The notes below the pieces were generated by a model. It made no database searches and had not been told where the DNA came from. It worked only from the letters and a program-made list of their open reading frames with translations. DNA of 64,000 nt from the human T2T-CHM13v2.0 reference genome, Homo sapiens: the NCBI RefSeq assembly GCF_009914755.1, contig NC_060928.1; one strand, written 5' to 3'. This document shows positions 38,171 through 53,865 of the stretch, in pieces; position 1 is the first letter of the stretch; the number at the start of each line of letters is the position of its first letter. The position numbers and the translations under genes were made by a program.

Positions 38171-41100
38171 TTCCATCACTCTCATTGGGAAAATAAGTCT
38201 GGCAATAAAAGCCATATTCCATGCATAGGTAAATACATTTTTACTAAAATTAAATATATTGTGGGACTCTGAGAATTCAAATTTAGATAAAGTCTATAAG
38301 ATATTCAAAAGGGTTTGTTTTTCTCTGCTATTTCTAGAGAATATCTTTTCTTGGGCAGACTTAAATTCAGGTTCTGGCAAAAATGCCTGCATGAAATTTT
38401 TTTCTGAATGGAAGGAAAGCAATTTTTTATTGAATTTGGAAAGCATATACTTAACATCGATACTGATCGCAAGAGATTAGGCAAAACTTTCTTTTCTACT
38501 TTAAAACTTTAATTCAAAATGTGCTGTTGAGAGTGGAGTCAAAATCAGTGCTTTGGTAAAGTCTCTAGGGTTCAGGTGCTATGCAGGTTCTTACATTAGG
38601 TATTTGAACCACACATTTTAAGGTAATGATCTCACAGCTGCCTTAAAAATGTACTAATTGTAGAAGGGGGAGACATGCAGAAACTAAACATTAGCTGGTG
38701 GAACCATGGGAACTCTTTTAGGAACTGAACTTCAATATGCTTGAATGCTTGAGTTAACTATTACTTCAAGAGAATCTAGATTTAGGAAAAGACAGAATTT
38801 TATAGGCTAAACTGAAGCATTTGAGTCTACAATGGGTGTTTTGTTAAAAAGTTCTTCCCATTCCCCAACACACTAAAAAGACAGAAAGTTGAGTTGCACT
38901 GGTAAGGAGAGCAGGGTAGGACACAAGGCTGACTCTCGGCGCTTGCGGAGGGGGGCTGTAAATTAGCTCCTTCCTTTTTATGTCTTGGGTTTCCCATCAG
39001 TGAAACCAGTGAAACCCATGATACAAAACTTTCTGCTACCTTCTCAACTCTCACCTTCAATGGCATGTTTTGAGAAGATGATTATCTGCCCATATATCCA
39101 GACAGTTAATTCCAAGAAAAAATAGTGCATAAAAATCAATGGTATTTTGCTTTTCATCCCTTCTTTCTTTCTCCCATGGCTAGGACAAGGCAATCCAAGT
39201 GGGGAAGTGTGGAGGAAGGGATCCCCCTTCCAGAGTCTGCTCAAAGGGCTGCTCACTACACAGGTGGGAGAGTCAGGTTGTAACTTCATCTCCTTAGCTG
39301 CAAATAACCTTGCCCATGTCCCAGTTTCTTCATCTGCAAATTGGAACTAATATTTATGTTGTAGCTCAAAGGGATTTAGTCAGGCCTAATGAGATCAGTT
39401 GTGCAGCGGGTTTGGTGCTTGTTGGATGAAAGACATTATATAAATACATCGTCATTTTCATTAGGATTATTTTCATCATCATTCTATGGTAAACACAGCT
39501 GTGGCAACATATGTTTTAAAGATTTAAATAAACATTCCTAAATTTGTGAAACCTGATTCACTTTTGCCCAATTTGGCTAAATTTGCCATCATTTTGAATA
39601 TTCTGAAGGCAAGCCTTTCAATGCACAAAGCCTCCCCTCCATAACAAGGACCTATTCACTGACAAGCACAATTTTCTTTCTTGCAAGCTCTTGAAAAACA
39701 GCAAAATTGCCCAAAGTGATGGCCTGGTAATTTGGAGGTGGGGCTCCCTTATAGGAATGGTGTGAAGGAGGGTCATTTATAAAAGTGACACTGGAGTGCA
39801 TCCCAGTCCTGCCTACCTCCTACACAAAAGCTTGATTCCTGGAAAGGTAGAACAAATCAATTGAAGGGGCTTAAGTAGTTTGTTTGTTTGTTTGTTTGTT
39901 TCTGTGTTTTAACTTGGAGATCAAATCATGGCTATGTCTTTAGCGGTTCAAAATATTGGCTATAGGCCACTTGTATTTTGGGTCATATCATAACTATTTA
40001 CTTCATCTTTTCCCAGGATTAAGCATGTGGTGACCCAGCTGCACAATTTAAAGGGCCCAAAGCATTGAATCCTTTGTGCCTGTATGAGTTACATGGAACC
40101 AGCTGTAGGCAGTGTTGCACCAGTAAAAAGGACTCACACCTTTTTTGGCTCTTTCCCCAAAGACATTGTCTTCAGTGCTTTGGGTGGCAGAACCATAACT
40201 CTCAAGTTTCTTTTGGGGCAATGCAGATAAGTAATCAGCTAAATCAGGGACAATCCAAGGACTCCATATTTTGGCTTTTTCCGATATGCCCATAATTGAA
40301 CAAACTCGGTGTCAGGGCAGTGATTAATTAGGTTTGCAACCCTGCTGTTGATTCCTTATTTATCTTTACACAAACTTGTTCTCAGTCTTGAGTACATTGC
40401 ATAAACTGGTGATTACCTGTCTTGGTTTTATAACATTCCACACTATCTCCAGTTGCCTTAGAGTTGTACATTTTAAAAATAACTTTATTTAATTTATTGG
40501 AAGAATAAATACATGTCCTAGAGTGCTTTTAGGGAGAAACGTTTTCAAGCCAAATAATAATAATAGTTTGGGAGTATCTCGCATAGAGAGATAGTGGTAG
40601 TGATGACCAGATTTAGAGCTTTTACCTTAATTTAGGCTTCAGGGTGTGCCCCGGGAAAGGGTCACCCAGAGGGGGGGAAAAAACACGTTTAGGAAGATGA
40701 AGATGAAACATTCTTATCAGGAGACAAAAGGAGGAGGATGTTTTGCTTTTCTCTATAAAGCTAATACTATTTGTTAAGCCAAAGAATTTCAAACCTCATG
40801 AACACGTTACCTCAGAATCTCATTCTTGGGTTGAGAGTATAGCCAGGAATGTTCAGCTTAACAAATTTCTAGGTGATCCTGTTGGAAGTGGTTTCTATAA
40901 TTGCAATTTGAGAATAACTGATTTAAATGCCATCTCTTCTAATCCAATTCAAAATGAGAGCAATAGTAAATCAGTGTTCTCCAAGAAGACACTAGCTGTG
41001 TTGTTCTTAGAGAGCTACCCTCCACACTCCACCTTTGCCCTTCATCCAAGAAGAGGAATAGGCGGTAAGAAATGAAAGATATCCCTGGAGACTCCAAGAA

Positions 41101-41249
41101 ATATCTGGGTGAGCTTTTGGGGCAGGGGGAGACAGGTGAGATAGGTCCTCGTTATCTCATGGTCCTGCAAAGAGATAAGGCCTCCAGGAAGTGGAGGAAT
41201 GGAGAGCCACTGTAATTCTGGCCTTTGTGTGGTATGAACCAAATGGGGC

Positions 41250-42110
41250 TATGGCAGGCTGAATGATGCCTCCTCATCCCCAAAGATGTCTAAGTTCCAA
41301 TATCTGGAACCTCTGACTGTGTTACCTTACATGGTAAAGGGAACTCTGTAGATGTGATTAAGTTAAGGATTTTGAGTTGGAAAGACCCTGGATTGTCTGG
41401 GTGGTTCCAATGTAATCACAGGGCTACTTGTAAGAGTGGGGTGAGAAAGGAGGGTCAGAGGAAGGATATAAGGCAATGGAGTGACCAAAGTAGGGATATA
41501 GAGAGATTGGAAGATGCTACCCTTCTGCATTTGAAGATGAGACCATGAGCCAACAAACACAAACAGCCTCTAGAAGCTCTAGAAGAGGCAAGGAAGTAGA
41601 TTCTCCCTTGAGCCTCCAGAAGGAATGCAGCCATGCTGTATTAGTCTGTTCTCATGCTGCTAATAAAGACACACCCAACTGGGTAATTTATAAAGAAAAG
41701 AGGTTTAATTGACTCACAGTTCCACGTGGCTGGGGGGGGCCTCATAATCATGGTAGAAGGCGAATGAGAAGGCAAAGTCACATCTTACATGGTGGCAGGC
41801 AAGAGATAGTGTGCAGGGGAACTGCTGTTTATAAAACCATCAGATCTCATGAGACTTATTCACTGTCATGAGAACAGCATGGGAAAAACCTGCCCCCATG
41901 ATTCAATTACCTCCCACGGAGTTCCTTCCAGGACACATGGGGATTGTGTGAGCTACAGTTCAAGATGAGATTTGGGTGGAGACACAGCCAAACCATATCA
42001 CCTGCTGAAACATTTTAGACTTCTGACCTTAAGAACTACAAGAGAATAGATTTGCATTGTTTAAAGCCACCAACTTTGTAGTAATTTCTTATAGCAGCAA
42101 TAGAAAACGG
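41250..42110 (+). mobile_element. MLT1D-like LTR interrupted by THE1
   Basis: ggcaggctgaatgatg...gttaccttacatgg; resumes cctgctgaaacattttagacttctgacc...agcaatagaaaac. Confidence 0.85.
41637..42000 (-). mobile_element. THE1 (B/C-like) solo LTR
   Basis: tgtattagtc...ccaaaccatatca; 5-bp TSD catgc/cctgc. Confidence 0.92.
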
Positions 42111-42114
42111 CATG

Positions 42115-42390
42115 GGAGGGATTTCCCCAAAATGACTCTTAGGCTTGATGACTCACTACAAGGAGTCACAGGTCTAAGAAAAGCTGTTATACTCATGGTT
42201 ATAGTTTATTACAGCAGAAGAATCCTGATTGAAATCAGTCAAGGAAAAAGGCACATGGGATATTCACTGTAAGTTAGATGTGCTAGCCTAAAATATTTGA
42301 TCAAACTAATACAGTGTGGCTCAAGGCCTCAGGCATACAAAAACCCTCTATTAGGGAGCACATTCAAAGGGTTCAGATATTGTCTCCTAA
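42115..42390 (-). mobile_element. MER21/MER68/MER77-like LTR fragment
   Basis: aaagctgttatactcatggttatagtttattacagc; similar to 19530-19620. Confidence 0.55.
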
Positions 42391-43859
42391 GAGTTGCTTA
42401 TTTTTTTTGCATATCTTCTCTTTAGACATTTGTCAAAATGCTCATGGTTATAATAATACCTACCTCTTATGGCTGAGGGTCTTGAAGAAGATGCATTGTT
42501 TAGAAACACTTTTAAAATATAAAGTATAATTGTTATCTTCATAATTCCTGATTACCAATTCAGAGTGACAAATTAAATGAACAAAGAATTGGGAATTAGA
42601 AGGCTCTCTATACCATTATACACCTGGAAGTCTTTGGGTGCTTTGCTTAACCTCAGCCTGTAAAATAAGGCAATTGTTCTAGGTGAGTGGTTCTCAACTG
42701 ACATATTTTGACACCAAGGGGTGGTAGGATCACTGTTAGCTAGCTAGAAATTGTGCAATATCCATATCTTGTAGACACATGTGAATGTGTGAAGGACTGT
42801 GTCCCACATGTGAATGTCATCAGAAGAAAGGGGGAAATTGACCACATGAATAATTGGTAAGGTCTAGCTTGCTCTAAGAAGTTTATTCCATTATGTTTGA
42901 TGTATTCTACCTAACAAGATGTTGAAGTGTACAGTACATCACAGAATAATTTTGGCCAAAAACACTTCAACGTAAAACATTCAAGATTATACTAAATGGC
43001 ACATTAATTTGCGGAAATAGAGATTATGTTGAATTCTACTTATACTGGGTTTCTGTATTTTTGTTTTATATTTTGTTTTTGGCAATATCAATTTTTGCTC
43101 ATATTTAGTTTTTCATCAATTCTGCCCTGCAGGCCTTTTTCTGATTAACAAGTGCCTTGACTGACTCTACTTAATTTGTCTGTTGGTTTATTTGTTTTTG
43201 CTGTGGATTATTTGATCTTCTACTGTCTTTAGTATCTTGTAAGAAAAATTTTTATAATTTATCATCATCAACTTTCTATTGTATTACTGCTTCCTATATT
43301 AACTGCAAATATTTCAGGCAAAGCCAAGGGAAAAATTAACATATTCAATCTGGATATAGTTGTGGAAGTGTTCAACATTTCCGCAATTATAGAAGTGTAG
43401 TAATATTTCAGATGCTCAAAAAATCCATTCTATTTGATTTGTTTTTTGGCTTTTGTTTTTTGGTGAGTGTAGGTATATCTGATGTTCAGGAAATTCATGC
43501 ATCTTCAAATTCAAAGACTGAATATAGAATATGAATGCCTGAAAAGAAAATAGGACACATGCCGAGTGTGTTATTCCAGACCTTCCTAGCTAAATATCTA
43601 TTATGTTTTCACTATAGACATAAAATATATAGCAACATTTTTTTCAGACTGAAGAGCTACCCATTGTTTCTGTCCCCACCCCCCATAATCCCTTTGTTTT
43701 CTGCTTGCTGAGTCCTTTTGCTTTCTCATTTAATGTATGTGTTTGCATTAGGAGAATTGATTGAATGTTTTGAATCCATACAGATGAGGGGCTGATTACA
43801 GAGTACCTTAACATAAAATAAAATTTAAGATGAGAATTCACTCCTATTTTTATTTTTAA

Positions 43860-46210
<2,351 letters not shown>

Positions 46211-46938
46211 GGAGGAAGAAGAGTAAATGGGTGATAGGGAAAGGAAGTGGCCAGTATAACTAGAGAAGGGCAGGAGGGAAATGGGGTGGAAGGCAGTGTG
46301 GCCAGGAAAAGCCTGAAAACTCAGATTAGCCCCAAGTCACTCCCAGGGTGGCTAATTCAGAGCTTGGGTGACTGTACCAGCAAGTAGTGGAGCACCCAGC
46401 TTGTAGGGAAGAGACACGGAATGAAGTGGGGTCAAGGCCCCACTTCCTTTCCTCCTGTCAGAAGTCTTCATGAAGGGGACAGCCTGTACACTGCCTTTCA
46501 GCATTTCTTTGAAAATGAAGGCCTCAGGTAAAACTACTCTAAATTTCTTACAGAAAATTTCTCCCCAGAAATAGCTCCTCCCTGAGACTGCCCTATTTAT
46601 GAAAGATATTGGATTTCTGGAGGCAATTATGAGAACTGTGGCCTCTTTGGGTCTTGAGCCACCAGAATTCAGCTATGGTGTGCGGACAGCTGAGTGCTGG
46701 CCATTAGGCTTGGGCTTTCAAACCACTGTACTATGGAGCTTGTGCACCACTTAGGTGCTCCTACCTGCCCATCGCATTTCCCTGGACCTTCAGGCTACAG
46801 GAGAGGGATCAACAGAAGGGGAACATTGGAGAGTTAAATGAACTGGGGGAAGCCAGAAGGGGAAGAAAATAAACCTCCCAGAACCTGCAATATCCTTTAA
46901 TCTACAAATCTCACACTTAAACCACCTCTTCTATAAAT

Positions 46939-47600
46939 ATGATCAGCCAGCTCCAGGTCTAGGTCCATTCTGCCCACATGCAGTAAATCAATCACAGTCA
47001 CATGGGTTTTGCAAAAAAGAAAAGATTTCTTCACAAGGCCACAGAGTTCTTGCGGAATTGAGACGTGGGAGAACAGCTCTCAATTCCACTTCCCTAAAGA
47101 TAAGGCTTAGGGGATATCTGTGGGTTAGGGAACTGTGGTGGTTTAAGGCATGGAGAAAGGTGATTGGCAGGGGGGAAAAATGAAGTGACAGGTTTATTCT
47201 GTGCAAGCTTAGTCAGGGTTCGTGGCATTTCATAGGACATGTACAGAAAATGGCGGCATTACCACGATCTAAGGGTGGAGGTTTTGGCCCTCTGACGTCA
47301 AAAGGCCACCTCTTAGGCACTTGCATAGGCCCATGTGAAGGGTTGGTGGTTTCAATGGTTTGAACTGGATAGGAGCTGGCCCAAGTCCCTGAAAAACAAC
47401 TGAAATGACTGTCAGAATGGCGACTTATGAATGTCATCTATAAAGTGGCCAGTGAAGGTTAAGTTTCAGCCTTTAGGAGCATAGCCTTCAGCTACCACAA
47501 CCTTCAGCTTCATAGAAAAAGCACAGCAAAGCAAAACAAAAAGCAAGCAACCCAAAGCAAGCAGAACAGGCAGACCTGATCAAATTAATCCCTTGGGTTC
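46939..47600 (-). mobile_element. ERV1 (MER4-group-like) solo LTR; family and ends uncertain
   Basis: Resembles MER66/MER73-type U5 (tgggagaacagctctcaattccacttccc); promoter motifs present. Confidence 0.55.
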
Positions 47601-48835
47601 ATTAAGAAACCGAAACCAAGACATCATTAACCCTATTGTTACATAATAGATAAAATGACTTCTGGTTATTACATTTCTAATAACTGAAAGCAAGCATATT
47701 GACCACACTTTTTTCCTTCTATCTCTTCCTGTAAATAAGATATTTAGTTAAAGACTTACTAAAATATGCACTATTGTTTAGATAGACCCCAGACAACGTT
47801 CTTTGCATCTGGACATTTAATTAGCGATATGTTTAAAGTGTCAGCGTTATCTGTCTGCTACTAGAAAAGAGCCTAGAATTTGAATTCTGCAGGGGCACCT
47901 GTGACCTTGACCAGCTCCTTTATTATGTTGAATCTTTGCATCTTCAAAGGAGAAGCAGGGACTTGGTCTCTGGGGTCTGTGTTCAAAAGGTAGTAATGTC
48001 AGTGGAGTCCTTAGAGCATTCCAGAGTCAAATGATCAGATGTGGCAAACCTCTGGGTCATGCAGTGCCTATGCAGTGAGGGCCCAGGAAGATGGGTCACA
48101 GGGCCTGCTGTCCAGTGATGAACGGAAGACAAATCTCCCACCTTCTCATTGCAATAGCAGGACAAAAAAATCTTGGATTCATTTTCAGCCTCTGTGTAAA
48201 AACTAAAAGCATGTGGACTTTAAACGTGTTTAAAATATTAAGAGTCTATTAAAGCCCAAACTGCAGAAGCTTATAAAGTAATATATAAGCAGTTATTTGA
48301 AATATTGTGTACAAGTCTGACTGATCACCTGCCAATGCCATCACTGATTTCATCCAGCCCCACACTGTGCTCTGGGCAACAGCCCCGTTCTGATGAGTTG
48401 AGTTGGGCAAACAGGCTTGGAGAATGGTTCCTTCAGAATCAGCCAAACAGTTTCTGTTAAATGTACTTCCCATGAAATTACTCAAAGACATTTTGATGAA
48501 ATTCTGCATTGATAAAAACTCAATGTAATTAAATATAGCAATGTAATTAAATGTAATTAAAATTCACAACATAGCATGTTTAGGAAACAGTGTAATTTTG
48601 ATTTGTGTGCTTTTTATTGTTCCCTTGCTGGTCACATCCAAATGCAGTTGACATGAACCATTTTACAGATGAGTTTCTTGGAAGACAGAAGTCATGTTCG
48701 ACATGAATTCGATAAGCATCTAGGGTCCCTTAAAACCTGACTTGTCTTATCTTTTTTGATTTATTGCTGTTAATTTGCCTCCCACTTTAAAGTTACTGTT
48801 TCTGCTCTCGTCTTTCCTTGCCCTTTGTTCTTTAA

Positions 48836-49147
48836 TTTCTTTCTTTCTTTCTTTTTTGAAACAAGATCTTACTCTGTCACCCAGGCTGGAGTGCAGTGGT
48901 GCAGTCTCAGCGCACTGCAGCCTCTGCCTCCAGGCTCAATCGATCATCCCACCTCAGCCTCCAGAGTAGCTGGGACCACAGGGGTGTGCCACCATGCCCA
49001 GTTAATTTTTGCATTTTTCTGTAGAGACAGGGTTTCACTGTGTTGCGCAGGCTGATCTCGAGCTCCTGGGCTCAAGTGATCCTTCCACCTCCACTTCCCA
49101 AAGCGCTGGGATTACAGGAATAAGCCATTCCTGTATTAGGCTCAGCC
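48836..49147 (-). mobile_element. AluJ
   Basis: (TTTC)n tail; ctcctgggctcaagtgatcc J-type diagnostics. Confidence 0.92.
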
Positions 49148-49201
49148 ACAGTCCTACAGCCCAGATGCTTATAGTTGTATTTAAAGCATCAGGTTTCCAA
49201 T

Positions 49202-49670
49202 TGTATTAGTTTTCTATAGCCACCATAACAAAGTACCACCAACCTGGTGACTTAAACCTCAGAAATGTAGTGTCTCCCAGTTCTGCAGGCGAGAAATCCA
49301 AGATCAAGGGGTTGGCAGGGTTGGTTCCTTCTGACGGCTATGAAGTGGGAGCCTGTCTCAGATCTCACCTCTAGCTTTTGAAGGTTTGTTGGCAATCTTT
49401 GGTGTTCCTTGGCTTATAGAAGCATATCACACCCATCTCTTCCTTCTCCCTCATGTGGTGTTATCCCTGTGTGTGTCTGTGTCCAAATTTCTCTTTCTTA
49501 TCAGGACACTAGTCATATTGAATTAGGGTCTGCCCAATTCTGGGATGACTCGTCTTAACTAATTACATCTGTACCAACCCTATTTACCAGCAAGGTCACA
49601 TTGTGAGGGTTAAAACTTCAACATATGAATTTTTGGGGAGGGTATGTGATACATAATTCAACCCATAACA
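49202..49670 (-). mobile_element. MLT1 (B/C-like) solo LTR
   Basis: tgtattagttttctatagc...caattcaacccataaca. Confidence 0.85.
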
Positions 49671-49784
49671 CAAATAAATATTTCTTTAAGGATCAGAAGA
49701 GTAAAGAAATTGAAGGGATTCTAATATACAAGTTCTCTTAAAATAACACTTAAAATATTAAGCATAAAGTTTTTTTAATTAAAA

Positions 49785-50005
49785 AATTGTTTTATTTGTA
49801 ATTGACTAATAATTATATATATTTATGGGGTACAAAATAATGTTTCAATACATGTATACATTGTAGAATGAGCAAATCAGGCTCATTAGCATGTCTATTA
49901 CCTGAAATATTTATCATTTCTTTGTCACGAGAACATTTAAAAGCCTCTCTTTTAGCTATTTTGAAATGACTGTACATTATTATTTACTTTAGTCATTGGA
50001 CTATG
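49785..50005 (-). mobile_element. L1MA 3'-end fragment
   Basis: aattgactaataatt...atttatggggtaca; similar to 20156-20340. Confidence 0.8.
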
Positions 50006-53000
50006 GAATGGAATCTGAAGTTTCAGTTAGGAGGAAAAATCCCTTTCCTTTCCCAGTTCTATTTCTCTTCTCCTTCATCTGTTTGTGGCAGATTGGATGG
50101 GGTCTCTCTCTTACCCCCAACCAGCAGGAGAGATGTTTGGGGGTTAGAAATTAACAATCTGGGGCTGGTGCTATATCCCTGAGACTTCAGACAAACCCAC
50201 GTTCAGTTGATATGGTGGTTTCAAATATAAGTAGGATCAGAGAGAACAAAGATGCTGGGATTATGATTTCTCAATAATATACTGAATAGTATACTCCTCC
50301 ACATGAGGCTATTCTGGGTTTTTCTTGGGAGGGAAATTAACACTGTGGTGAAGTGTGAGAAAACTGGACACAACCCTTACTAGTGGAAAGACAGAGCTGG
50401 AATTGACAGTGTTCATTTCCTCCCACTCTCCACCCTCTTCGTGATATCAGGGCTCACCCTTGGCACCTTCCCACTTAGAAAAAACATTGTCCATCATCAC
50501 TTGGCCAAAGCCTGAGACACTGGCTTCTAAGATACAAGAAAGGGCCAAAGGCCAGGTTGTATATCCATGGTATCAGGTACATAGAGATGGAGTTTTCTGG
50601 TGGAGAGAAGTGCAGACACTTGAGGATAAAGGCTTGAAGTAGGTCTATGGGAAGAGGATGGAGGGGAGTGAATGGTGAGGCAGAATGAGGTGAGGGGCAA
50701 GATGGCATTTGTGTGGAGTACATGAGGCCACAGCTCCTGCTAGGCAGCCTGGCTTTCTCTAGGTTCCAGTCTCCTCTTTTTTCCCTTTGGGCTTAGGGAT
50801 GGTAATAGCTTCCCTTTGTTACTAATTGCTGGGTACTTCATCATCCCCTACAGTTCCCCTAACATTATCCACATCTTCATAAAGATTAAACACTCCATTC
50901 ATCTGACTGCTGCCTCGAGTTCCTGCCTGTGTTCAGGTTGCATCTCCCCAAGGAGATTTTACATTTCTGGAAGGCAGAGATCAAGTCTTGCTCACCTTTG
51001 AATCTGCATAGCATTGCATGAAAAGCCTTGTGGAAAACTCTCCATGAATAGTGAAGACAGAAAAGGAAAAAGGGGAAGAGTGGGTGAGGAAAGAAGAGCA
51101 AGGAAAGCAGAAAGGAAGGAAAGGAAACCATACAGGAAGGTGGAAGGATGGCAGAAAGGTGGTATAACACAAAAATGGGAACCCAACTCATTTCTCCAGA
51201 ATTATGCTCTCTGACTATCAAGGTAAAGCCAAAACAGCCAGGAAGAACAGGGGCCCAACCTGCCATCTTATTAGGCGCTGCATAGACAGATCTTTCTTGT
51301 TTACTGCCCTGCCCAGCTCCTCATTCTGCAAAATGCTTTTACTGCCCCCAGTGGCTGTCATACAGTACTGAGGAGTAGCTTGGGCTTCTCTCTCTGAGTT
51401 AGAGGCCTGGGGACCTCTCCTGGGAGCCCACTCAGCACTGCATTGCATGATGTCAATCTTAGCAAGCTGGGCTATTCTGGAATAGCAGCCGCAGGCCCTC
51501 TGACTGCAGTCATTGTGTTCCTGCTATGTGCAGACTCTTGTAAGTCTTAAGGGTAGAAAGACATACAGGAGACTCCTTCACCCTCAAAAGGTATAGTGGC
51601 ACCATCCAGGGTCCATGAGACAAGTAGAGGGATATTTACAGAGCATCACGTCAACCCAAATGGGTGAATTAGGAAGGTCAAGTGAAGCAGTATCAGGCAA
51701 GTGAAGTGCAGAGTGCAGATGGGAGTAGTCACGAGGGATGACTCAGAAGGACTGGCGAGATTTTTTAGTTATATTTGTGGTCAGAAGACTGAACCAGGTA
51801 GCTTGGAAAATATATTAGAAAGCAATCAATCAGTGTCAAGCACTGTCCTCAGGAATGTGGGCTTCTGGGTCCTCTGAGGATGCTTTATTGCTGATGGAAT
51901 AAAAACTCTTATATAAGGATATGTTCAAGGTTCAGTGTGGATGTTTTGTGTTTTATTTTTTTTAGTCTGGCAAAGTCCACCAATAATGGTACACAGTAGA
52001 ATTAAAGGGGAATTGGAAATTCTCTTCCTAGAACCCAGATTATACATATTGATGGGTATGCTGATTTGCATCTATTCCTATTTATTCATTTACCATCTCT
52101 GCTGGTAAGCTGATGGTGTGCCCAGCATGTCAGAGGATTCATTGATCCTGCCTCAAGTAAAACAGACTAATGCATATTTATTTTGCCATTTTCATTATTA
52201 AGTGAAATGCCAGAAAACATTTCAATATAACCTCTAGAGAAAACAAACCACTTTCCTGAAACCAGCTCTGTCTCTTCATCAAACGGAATGAAATATTTGG
52301 AAATGCTTCATTTCTTCCAGGCCAAAGGCACATCCATTCTCCTCATGCTGTTTCAAAGCTCTGATGAATGGAGTTCCTGTCCTGGCTCTCCTTCAGGAAG
52401 TCGTTGATCTCCAGAACCCAATAAATAATGGGAAAAAGAATGAATGGCATATATATGCATTGAGAAAGGACTTAAACTTTCACAATTTTTCTTTTTTGGT
52501 GTAGTCTCACAGGTACTCTTTTATTGATGAAAGCAACAAAAGATGGCTCCATTTGTTTCTGTGTTAATTATAAAACTGACAAGCTAGCTCAACAGCACAT
52601 GAGAAGTATGTTTAACAAATCATATTAAAGAAAAAACAGAGCCAGAAACTGGGCCAGTTTGACCATTAGTTTAGGAAATAACACAGGACTGTTCCTAGGA
52701 AGAACCAAGAGGCCTAGACATAGCCTGTTAACTAGAGATGAAGGAGCTTCCATTGTCTCAACCACTTATTCATTCAAAAGCTGTATCCTAAGGACTGCCT
52801 CTAGATTCTGGGAATAAAAGAGTGAATAACATTAAAAATACCTAGTGCTAGAGACACAATAAATCAGACAAACTAACAGGGTAGGGACTTACCTGTAGGT
52901 CTTGCTGCCTGCCAATCTCACAATATTCTGCATACAATAAGAGCACAATGACTGTAGTTAGGGGGCCAGCGGCTGCTGCTCCAGGGCCCCAGCTTGCTGG

Positions 53001-53409
53001 GGTTGGGGCTTGTGTAGCACTGAGTGGGCTCTTCCAAGTGGAGGTTTCCAGGGCCTCTATCGAAGAGAGAGAAGCCCAAGCGACTCCTCTAGCATTGTGC
53101 GGAAGCCATGGGGGACAGTAAAGTCATTTACAGACTCAGAAGCCAAATAAACAATGGTAAAATATAAGGTATGCTAGATGGGGCGGAGAAGAAAAATAAA
53201 GTATGGAAGGGGACTAGGAAATGTTAAGGGGATGCACAATTTGAGACACTTTTATTAGAACAAAAGAAATCTCTGCCATCTGTCAACAAAGAAGACTCGG
53301 AAATATCATGAAAGCATGAAGACTTATTAAGCACCTAGTCAACAGTGAGACCCAAACTACACCTATGTAGTTGACATTCTATGCATTCAGCAGGAGCAGG
53401 ATGAAGGTT

Positions 53410-53565
53410 ACTGAGTCAGAAGTCCTGGCCCAGGCTGTCAGTTCTGGCCAGGTGAACTTGGGTGAATCATCTAACCTCTCTGAGCCACTGATTCATCATC
53501 TGCATAAGGGAGAAAGCATCTTCATAGTCCACTGCACAGGGTTATAGAGAAAACCTAATAAATAT
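53410..53565 (+). mobile_element. MIR
   Basis: aacctctctgagcc...ttcatcatctg core. Confidence 0.65.
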
Positions 53566-53688
53566 TGAATTTGGAAATTTTTTGCTGAAATCAGAGCACT
53601 GAGAGTGTGCTTGGGAAACACATATTGCCAGGGATTTCTTCCAAGAACTTCTGGTTCAGTAGATCAGAGAGAGAGACAGAGTCTAATC

Positions 53689-53865
53689 CAGCAGTTCTCA
53701 ATGTTGGATGAACATTAGGATCACCTGAGAAGTTCCCAAAAAATACAGATGCCAAAGGCCCACACCAGACTAACTAAATCAGGATTTCTGGGGCACAGGC
53801 ATAGGTACTTTTTAAAAAAGCTCTCCAGGCTATTCAAATGTGTAGACAGTTTGATAATCAACAGT
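53689..53865. mobile_element. MER5A hAT-Charlie MITE
   Basis: cagcagttctcaa...attaggatcacctg...ctccaggctattc...ttgataatca. Confidence 0.7.
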
